NCBI GenBank assembly: GCA_036845085.1
Contig: DAIUEN010000019.1
Location: 1 to 10,970 of the forward strand
Source of the DNA: Candidatus Nanopusillus sp.
Lineage (GTDB): Archaea; Nanobdellota; Nanobdellia; Nanobdellales; Nanobdellaceae
Length of the DNA stretch: 10,970 nt
Direction: 5' to 3'
Shown here: positions 5,295-10,970 of the stretch, in pieces
Numbering within the stretch: the stretch's first letter is position 1
Layout of the letters: every line of letters starts with the position of its first letter
Program-made: the position numbers and the translations under genes
The notes under the pieces: generated by a model
What the model was told of the DNA's origin: nothing
Databases searched by the model: none
What the model saw: the letters and a program-made list of their open reading frames with translations, nothing else

Positions 5295-6161
5295 ATGGAA
5301 AATTTAAGAACTAGTGTTATATCAACATGGTGTCCTGGCTGTCCGAATTTTGGAATATTAACAGCATTCATAAATGCCGTTCAAGAATTAGATAAAGAAA
5401 ATAAAGTAAGAAAAAATCAAATTGCATATATATCTGGAATAGGATGTGCTGGCAAAATACATAACTATATCAACTTAAGCTCTGTAAATGCATTACACGG
5501 ACGTGCTTTACCATTTGCTATAGGGGTAAAATTAGCAAATAAAGATCTAAAAATAGTAGTATTCCAAGGAGATGGAGATACATATAATGAAGGAATAGAA
5601 CATTTTATATCATCTTGTAAAGAAAATCCCGATGTAAAGTTATTTGTTCACAATAATCAAATATTTGCATTGACTACTGGACAACACACTTTTACTACAG
5701 AACCAAATTTCTACTCAAAATCTCTGGGAGAAAAATTATTCCAAAAACCCCTTAATCCTATTGCAATCGCTCTAGTATCTGGAGCTTCTTTTGTAGCAAG
5801 AGGTTATGCTTTGTGGATAGATCATTTAAAATATATATTTAAAGAAGCAATATTACATAAGGGCTTTGCTTTTGTTGATATAATTCAACCATGTATAGTT
5901 CAACATGATACTAGAAAATATTATGAAGAAAGAATGTATAAATTAGAAGATATAGGTCATGATCCAAAAAATTTTGAAGAAGCTCTAAAAAGAGCTTTAG
6001 AATATGACTATACTTTAAATGAAAACTTAAAAATTCCCGTAGGGATATTTTATAAAAATCCAAGAGAAACGTTAGAAGAAGGTCTAAAAATAAAAGAACC
6101 TTTTTATACTATCGAAAGAAAAGTAGATTTGTCTATTCTAGAAGATTTACTAGTTTATTAA
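5295..6161 (+). CDS. 2-oxoacid:ferredoxin oxidoreductase, beta subunit (TPP- and [4Fe-4S]-binding)
   Basis: WCPGCPNFG (C13, C16), GIGCAGK (C51) and IIQPC (C200) supply four cluster cysteines. The TPP motif is GDGDTYNEG...VHNNQIF (GDG-x26-NN). Its length and its position after the alpha subunit fit. Confidence 0.9.
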   Translation: MENLRTSVISTWCPGCPNFGILTAFINAVQELDKENKVRKNQIAYISGIGCAGKIHNYINLSSVNALHGRALPFAIGVKLANKDLKIVVFQGDGDTYNEGIEHFISSCKENPDVKLFVHNNQIFALTTGQHTFTTEPNFYSKSLGEKLFQKPLNPIAIALVSGASFVARGYALWIDHLKYIFKEAILHKGFAFVDIIQPCIVQHDTRKYYEERMYKLEDIGHDPKNFEEALKRALEYDYTLNENLKIPVGIFYKNPRETLEEGLKIKEPFYTIERKVDLSILEDLLVY

Positions 6162-6171
6162 TTTTTAAGTA
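6162..6171 (+). promoter_or_regulatory. Oligo-T/TATA element TTTTTAAGTA. Combined terminator of OFOR-beta and promoter of the KH gene.
   Basis: Starts at the nucleotide after the TAA stop (6159-6161). TTTAAGTA starts 29 nt before ATG 6193. Confidence 0.45.
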
Positions 6172-6192
6172 TTTTTACAAATTTACTTTTAT

Positions 6193-6732
6193 ATGACATA
6201 TATATATGAAATAGATTTGAATGGTTTAGATTTGGAAGATCTGAAAAATTTCCTTAAAGAAAGAAATATAAAATATGATATAGAAAAAGGTAAAATAAAG
6301 GTTTATTTAGAAGATTACTATTTTGTATATAAGTTTGATAAATTTATAAAGGCCATAAAAGCGAACTTTGATATTAAATTAAGTTCAAACATATTATATA
6401 ATGATTGGGATGTTATTGAAATTGATTTAAAAAAAGCCGTTAATAAAAAAATAAACCACCTTATCAGGATAAAAGGTAGAATTATAGGAGAAAATGGAAA
6501 AGCTCTACAAGAAATTATGTTTTTAAGTGGAGCATATATAAAAATTGATAATAGGTACATATACATATTAGGAGATCACCTTTCTATAGAAACAGCATAT
6601 GAAGTAATAAAAAGAATAGTATCTGGAGCCAAACATACAACATCTTACAGATTTGCAGAAGAATATAAAAAAATTCTGGAAGATAAAGAAAAAGAAGCTT
6701 CAAGATACAATTTTCAAGATGAAAATTTTTAA
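6193..6732 (+). CDS. KH-domain RNA-binding protein, aDim2/Pno1-like (COG1094-type)
   Basis: The C-terminal KH module IRIKGRIIGENGKALQEIMFLSGAYIKIDNRYIYILGD...AYEVIKRIVSGAKHTTSY carries GxxG (G99-E-N-G102) and the ...G..H..VY-like tail typical of archaeal Dim2. The preceding FIKAIKANFDIKLSSNIL...DVIEIDL matches the inter-KH region. The N-terminal KH1 is degenerate. Confidence 0.7.
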   Translation: MTYIYEIDLNGLDLEDLKNFLKERNIKYDIEKGKIKVYLEDYYFVYKFDKFIKAIKANFDIKLSSNILYNDWDVIEIDLKKAVNKKINHLIRIKGRIIGENGKALQEIMFLSGAYIKIDNRYIYILGDHLSIETAYEVIKRIVSGAKHTTSYRFAEEYKKILEDKEKEASRYNFQDENF

Positions 6733-6735
6733 AAA
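6726..6735 (+). promoter_or_regulatory. Oligo-T/TATA element TTTTTAAAAA overlapping the KH-gene stop codon. Promoter of top6B.
   Basis: The TAA stop is 6730-6732, inside the motif. TTTAAAAA starts 27 nt before ATG 6755. Confidence 0.45.
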
Positions 6736-6754
6736 TATTTATTAATAAATATTA

Positions 6755-8500
6755 ATGCCAACAAGTAAAGAAATAAAAGAAGAAATACAATTATATGAAA
6801 CTTTTAAGAGAGTATCTATTGCAGAATTTTTTGAAAGAAACAGACATTTACTAGGTTTTGATAATCCAAAGAAGAGTCTACTCATAGCTGTTAAAGAACT
6901 TGTAGATAATTCTTTAGATGCATGTGAAGAACATCAAATATTACCAGAAATAAAAATAAAAATAGAAAAACAAGAGGAAAATATTTATAAGGTTTCTGTA
7001 GAAGATAATGGACCAGGGATTCCATATGATTTAGTTCCAGATATATATGGAAGTTTTTTATTTGGATCTAAATTTCATAGATTTATATCTAGCAGAGGAA
7101 AGCAGGGTATTGGTGCTTCTGCAATAACATTATATTCACAACTAACCACTAGAGAGCCAATTGAAGTAATAACTAAAGTACCTAATAAAGATAAAGCTAT
7201 AAAATATAAAATAAAAATTGACGTAAAAACTAATACTCCGATAATTATAGAAAAAAAAGAAATAGAAATAAAAAAGGATCATGGAACTATTGTAAATGCT
7301 ATAATTTTAGGTCAATATACAAGAGGAAAACAATCTATAGATGAATATATATTCTTAACAGCATTGGCAAATCCTCATGCAACTATACAATATTTAAATC
7401 CCGATGGGGAAAAAGTAATATATAAAAGAATTGTAGATACTATTCCAAAGTTATATGAAACTAAGCCACATCCCCATGGTATAGAGATAGGCGTATTTGA
7501 AAGATTATTAAAAGAATCAAAAGAAAAAACTATTTTAAGTTTCTTATATAAAACATTCTCATCAGTTAGTCAAGAAACTGCATCTAAGATTTTAAAAAAA
7601 GCAAAAATTGATGAAAATAAAGATCCAAAAAGCTTAAATGACGAAGAAATAATAAGATTGTATAGAATTCTACAAGAAACAAAACTCAGAGCAATACCTA
7701 AAAAGTACATAACAACTTTAGGTTATGAAACTATTAAAAAATCCCTAGATGTTATGTTTAACCCAGATTTTTCAGTCGCTATTACAAGAAGACCGTCTGT
7801 ATATAGAGGTATTCCTTTCATTGTAGAAGTTGGTATTGCTTATGGTGGAAAAATAAGTGAATTTCAATTACTTAGATTTGCAAATAGAGTACCATTATTG
7901 TATAAAGCTGGAGAATGTGCCATAACAGCAGCGGCAAAAGAAATAAATTGGAAAAGATATGGATTTAATGCAGAAGAAGGTTATTTCCCAAAAGACCCTA
8001 TTGTTGTTATGATACATGTCGCATCCGTTTGGTTACCATTTACATCCGAGTCCAAAGAAGCAATAAGTCCTTATCCGGAAATTGTAAATGAAATTGAACT
8101 GGCAATAAAAAATGCTCTTAGAGAAGTAAGTCTCTATGTTAAAAAAGTAAAAACTCTTAGTAATATAAGTAATAAATATTTATCTCTTTTCGGATATGGT
8201 CTAGAAACAGCAGAATATTTATCAAAAATATTAGATACAGATTCTAAGGAAATAGAAAAAGTAATAATTGAAAGAATTAAAAAAGAATTAAAGAATGATA
8301 TATTGGAAATTATAAAATCAATGAGAGAACTAAAAAATTTAATAAAAGAAAATAAAGATAAAGAAGCCATTAAAATGTTAGAAAATATGATGAAAGATCT
8401 GTATGATAAGGATATAATAAGCAAAAATGAATTATATGAACTAATAAAACAAACAATAGAGGATATAAAATCAAAATATACTAAGATTCTTAATGAATAA
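6755..8500 (+). CDS. top6B: DNA topoisomerase VI subunit B (GHKL/Bergerat ATPase)
   Basis: Bergerat-fold motifs are present: KELVDNSLDA (N52), VEDNGPGIP (D84-G88) and GKQGIGAS. An H2TH-like segment (ILSFLYKTFSSVSQETASKILKKAKI) is followed by the transducer region (RFANRVPLLY, SESKEAI). Adjacent to top6A. Confidence 0.95.
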   Translation: MPTSKEIKEEIQLYETFKRVSIAEFFERNRHLLGFDNPKKSLLIAVKELVDNSLDACEEHQILPEIKIKIEKQEENIYKVSVEDNGPGIPYDLVPDIYGSFLFGSKFHRFISSRGKQGIGASAITLYSQLTTREPIEVITKVPNKDKAIKYKIKIDVKTNTPIIIEKKEIEIKKDHGTIVNAIILGQYTRGKQSIDEYIFLTALANPHATIQYLNPDGEKVIYKRIVDTIPKLYETKPHPHGIEIGVFERLLKESKEKTILSFLYKTFSSVSQETASKILKKAKIDENKDPKSLNDEEIIRLYRILQETKLRAIPKKYITTLGYETIKKSLDVMFNPDFSVAITRRPSVYRGIPFIVEVGIAYGGKISEFQLLRFANRVPLLYKAGECAITAAAKEINWKRYGFNAEEGYFPKDPIVVMIHVASVWLPFTSESKEAISPYPEIVNEIELAIKNALREVSLYVKKVKTLSNISNKYLSLFGYGLETAEYLSKILDTDSKEIEKVIIERIKKELKNDILEIIKSMRELKNLIKENKDKEAIKMLENMMKDLYDKDIISKNELYELIKQTIEDIKSKYTKILNE

Positions 8501-8510
8501 TTTTTAAATA
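8501..8510 (+). promoter_or_regulatory. Oligo-T/TATA element TTTTTAAATA directly after the top6B stop. Candidate internal promoter for top6A.
   Basis: Starts at the nucleotide after TAA (8498-8500). TTTAAATA starts 27 nt before ATG 8530. A T7 run follows at 8511-8517. Confidence 0.45.
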
Positions 8511-8529
8511 TTTTTTTAATATAATATTT

Positions 8530-9639
8530 ATGGAGCTAAAAGAAAAAATATCTCGAAATGAAATAATTAATAGAATAACATCGTTTGCTAAGAAAATATA
8601 TGAAGATTTTGTTAGTGGAAATCCTAAATTTGAATTTATAGTTAGAGGAAATCTTAAAAATATAGAATATGATCATTATAAAGATCTCATACTACTAAAA
8701 AAGAGACTTGGTCAAAGAGAATTTTTTAATGTAGGACATGTTAGAAAATTTACCCAAACAATACTAGTAGCAGCTCTAGCAAAAGAACTTGTGAAAACAA
8801 ATAAAACTGCATCTTTAAGAGAAGTGTACTACCAATTGAAACATACAATACCAATAATAGAAGTAAATACTTTTGAAGAACAAGATGAATCAGATGCTGT
8901 CATAGAAGATCTAGAAAGAACATTAAATGTAATAAGAGAACAAATGCACATAAAAGCAGAAAGAAGAGGTGCTATATATGGAGACATAGTTTTAAGAGAT
9001 AAAAGAAGAGGAGATGAGTGGAATTGTTCTAAATTAGGCATGGGCGGATGGGCTGTACCATCAGAAATAGAAAACATAGAAATAGTAGACTTAAATGCAG
9101 ATTTTGTTCTTGTAGTAGAAAAAGAGGCTCTATTCGAAAGGTTGATAGAAGAAAAGTTTCCAGAAAAAAATAATGCAATATTAATAACAGGACAAGGACA
9201 AGCTTCAAGAGGTGTTAAGAGAATGATTCATAGACTAAGATATGAAAAAAATTTGCCTGTTTATGTATTTACAGATGGTGATCCTTGGGGTTTCTACATA
9301 TATTCTGTAATAAAAAGGGGTTCTATGAAATTATCCCAATTCTCAGAACTATTAGCTACACCAGATGCAAAATTTGTTGGAATGACAATGGATGATATTG
9401 AAGAATATGACTTAAAAAAAGTAACGATAAAACTAAATGAAAGGGATATTAAAAGAGTTAATGAACTTATGAATTATCCATGGTTCAGAAAATCTAAAGA
9501 ATGGATAAAACAATTAGAAATGATGTTGAAAATGAAAGTTAAAGTTGAACAAGACGCTTTAGCTAGGCATTCTTTATCATTCGTGGCCGAAAAATATCTA
9601 CCAGAGAAATTATCAAATCCTGAAAAACTATTAAACTAA
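8530..9639 (+). CDS. top6A: DNA topoisomerase VI subunit A (Spo11 homologue)
   Basis: The catalytic-tyrosine motif is LREVYYQLK (Y100/Y101; Y101 codon at 8830-8832). Toprim acidic residues are VVEKEA (E198) and FTDGDPWG (D250, D252). At 369 aa it is typical of archaeal Top6A. Confidence 0.95.
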   Translation: MELKEKISRNEIINRITSFAKKIYEDFVSGNPKFEFIVRGNLKNIEYDHYKDLILLKKRLGQREFFNVGHVRKFTQTILVAALAKELVKTNKTASLREVYYQLKHTIPIIEVNTFEEQDESDAVIEDLERTLNVIREQMHIKAERRGAIYGDIVLRDKRRGDEWNCSKLGMGGWAVPSEIENIEIVDLNADFVLVVEKEALFERLIEEKFPEKNNAILITGQGQASRGVKRMIHRLRYEKNLPVYVFTDGDPWGFYIYSVIKRGSMKLSQFSELLATPDAKFVGMTMDDIEEYDLKKVTIKLNERDIKRVNELMNYPWFRKSKEWIKQLEMMLKMKVKVEQDALARHSLSFVAEKYLPEKLSNPEKLLN

Positions 9640-9645
9640 AATATA

Positions 9646-9903
9646 TCATTTTCTAATAAACTTTATTTTAGTATCTTTTCTAGGATAGAGTTTTTCTATG
9701 ATACTTAATAATAGATCTTCGTCTACTTTGTCTATTCTGCCAGCAGCTATATTCTGATATAATACAATTACTATATTATTAAATCTATCTGGATACGCTA
9801 TTTTGATGTTTGATAACCTTTCTCTAGCTTTTTCCGTCAAAAAAGGCTTTATATATGACCATAGAGTTTCTATATCTACCTTCTTTTTTTCACTTTCTGC
9901 CAT
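9646..9903 (-). CDS. PDCD5/TFAR19-like double-stranded DNA-binding protein (short form)
   Basis: The 85-aa ORF aligns by eye with archaeal MTH1615-type proteins. FLTEKARERLSNIKIAYPDRFNNIVIVLYQNIAAGRIDKVDEDLLLSIIEKL matches [50 protein letters not shown], and it has the basic C-terminal tail KIKFIRK. Confidence 0.8.
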   Translation of the reverse strand: MAESEKKKVDIETLWSYIKPFLTEKARERLSNIKIAYPDRFNNIVIVLYQNIAAGRIDKVDEDLLLSIIEKLYPRKDTKIKFIRK

Positions 9904-9926
9904 AATAATAATTTAACAAAAAACAA

Positions 9927-10817
9927 TTATAAAGGAAGACCTCTCTCAAAGATATCTATAGTACTTTTTTCGAATTCATATACAGACTCTTTACTCTTGT
10001 ATAATGTATCATATATTTTTACTATACCTAAACTTTGATTATATTTTTCAGGACTAAATTCCAAATCTTTTATATATCTATTAGAAGGTTCTTCATGTAT
10101 CATTAATAATCCATCTACTATTATTATAGTACCGAAAAAATTTATTTTATCTTTATTTTTTTCTAATTCTTTTTTTAGCACGTTTCTTATCATAGTATTA
10201 TCTCTAAGTTCTTCTACATTTATATCTTTATATATTTTCTTCATATAAGAAAATGTTAGATTAATTATACTATTTATAACCTCTTCTGAAGTTTGATATT
10301 GTGATATTACATTTCCTTTGTTTAATAATTCTTGCAGTTGATTTTCATCATACTTTAATAAACCTTTGACTTTATTTTTATCCTTTATACTTTTTATGAA
10401 ATCTTCTAAGAATTTTTTATATTCCTCATAATCTTTCTTAAATTTTTCTTTTTTATCTTCTCCTAAAAATAATTCTAATAATAATTTGTTATTATCTAGT
10501 ATTTTTTTCAATTTATCAAAATACTTAGTTTTATCTACAAATTCTCTAAAAGAATTAAAATTTTTGTTTTCTATATCTTTTAGCTTTAACTGGTTAGTTA
10601 ATAATAAAAGTGCTTGTGATGAATATAAAGTAGCTCTACATAAATAATAGATAGATTCATTATATATTCTCTCATTAAATTTTTTTTTAGATATATCTAA
10701 ATTTTCTTTAAATTTATTTACAAGTACTTTACTATAATCTATACTCTCTTTTGGCACTTGTTCGTAGAATTTTCCACTCATCAATTTCATTAAATTTGAT
10801 AAATTTCCGAATACCAT
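9927..10817 (-). CDS. Hypothetical protein, 296 aa, Lys/Glu/Asn-rich. Helical N-terminal and central parts with a short beta-rich C-terminal module.
   Basis: This long ORF has no competing frame, and its stop lies 23 nt upstream of the PDCD5-like start on the same strand. It has no catalytic or nucleotide-binding motif that I recognise. It contains a single His and no Rx4-6H. Coding is well supported; function is unknown. Confidence 0.8.
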   Translation of the reverse strand: MVFGNLSNLMKLMSGKFYEQVPKESIDYSKVLVNKFKENLDISKKKFNERIYNESIYYLCRATLYSSQALLLLTNQLKLKDIENKNFNSFREFVDKTKYFDKLKKILDNNKLLLELFLGEDKKEKFKKDYEEYKKFLEDFIKSIKDKNKVKGLLKYDENQLQELLNKGNVISQYQTSEEVINSIINLTFSYMKKIYKDINVEELRDNTMIRNVLKKELEKNKDKINFFGTIIIVDGLLMIHEEPSNRYIKDLEFSPEKYNQSLGIVKIYDTLYKSKESVYEFEKSTIDIFERGLPL

Positions 10818-10862
10818 AATATCATTAATTTTAGAATTATTTTTGAAATTTTTTATAAGCTA

Positions 10863-10881
10863 TAGTATTTACTACTTAGTA
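10863..10881. repeat. Three alternating TAGTA/TACTA half-sites at 7-nt phase (TAGTAtt TACTAct TAGTA) in a divergent promoter region
   Basis: TAGTA is at 10863-10867, TACTA at 10870-10874 and TAGTA at 10877-10881. Each neighbouring pair forms a 5+5 palindrome with a 2-nt spacer. They are flanked by TATA-like boxes for the minus gene (10851-10858) and the plus ORF (10889-10896). Confidence 0.55.
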
Positions 10882-10919
10882 ATAATTATTTATAAATTTT
10901 TTTATAATAGAATATAGAC

Positions 10920-10970
10920 ATGGACGAAAAGGATATATATATAATATTTGGAATTACATCTGTAATAATT
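10920..10970 (+). CDS. Possible start of a CDS (17 codons, runs off the right edge), with a hydrophobic N-terminus
   Basis: ATG 10920 opens MDEKDIYIIFGITSVII with no stop before the window end. TTTATAAA (10889-10896) begins 31 nt upstream. The ORF is too short for more than a tentative call. Confidence 0.3.
   Translation, partial: MDEKDIYIIFGITSVII

Noticed and set aside
6318-6566. 82-aa minus-strand ORF from the track
   Set aside because: It lies antisense within the KH-domain gene, with hydrophobic low-complexity composition and no support.
8387-8393. AUGAUGA within the top6B 3' region
   Set aside because: No downstream D box is present, and the sequence lies inside a well-supported coding frame (N-M-M-K).
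8134-8424. 96-aa minus-strand ORF from the track
   Set aside because: It lies antisense to the K/E-rich C-terminus of top6B. Poly-AAA/GAA codons read as F/S/L-rich on the opposite strand, which is a classic artefact.
8829-9077. 82-aa minus-strand ORF from the track
   Set aside because: It lies antisense to the catalytic-tyrosine region of top6A and has no independent signal.
1-10970. Search for CRISPR arrays, IS/transposon termini, rRNA, split-tRNA halves or other G+C-rich structured RNAs
   Set aside because: There are no regularly spaced direct repeats. The only G+C-rich islands outside coding motifs are the two tRNAs. No terminal inverted repeats flank any gene.

Overview
This is a compact, very AT-rich archaeal chromosomal segment (about one quarter G+C, estimated by eye). 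It is almost entirely coding, with intergenic gaps of only 6-137 bp. I can support 10 complete CDSs, 2 edge-truncated CDSs and 2 tRNA genes.

The content is mostly housekeeping:
- a UppP/BacA-type polyprenyl-diphosphatase
- a sequon-rich membrane/surface protein
- an intron-containing tRNA-Tyr(GUA)
- a stand-alone ATP-grasp beta subunit of ADP-forming acyl-CoA synthetase, directly upstream of a two-subunit (Sulfolobus-type) 2-oxoacid:ferredoxin oxidoreductase
- a KH-domain aDim2/Pno1-like protein
- DNA topoisomerase VI subunits B and A
- a short PDCD5/TFAR19-like DNA-binding protein
- a 296-aa Lys/Glu/Asn-rich orphan

Archaeal origin is unambiguous: Top6A/B, a C1-G72 tRNA-Tyr with a bulge-helix-bulge intron, TATA-box promoters at fixed spacing, and no Shine-Dalgarno sequences. 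The tRNAs are 67-70% G+C inside roughly 25% G+C DNA, and genes are packed very tightly. Together these suggest a thermophile with a streamlined genome. A DPANN/Nanoarchaeota-like organism is only a guess.

I see no CRISPR array, IS element, rRNA, or recognisable defence or toxin module, and no convincing novel multi-gene system. The observations most worth a second look are:
- the two uncharacterised proteins (1235-2701 and 9927-10817)
- a tRNA with a non-canonical anticodon loop
- a His-free UppP homologue
- a 12-nt tRNA micro-intron
- a perfect 11+11 bp palindrome between the two OFOR genes
- recurrent oligo-T/TATA motifs that seem to act as combined terminator and promoter for leaderless genes
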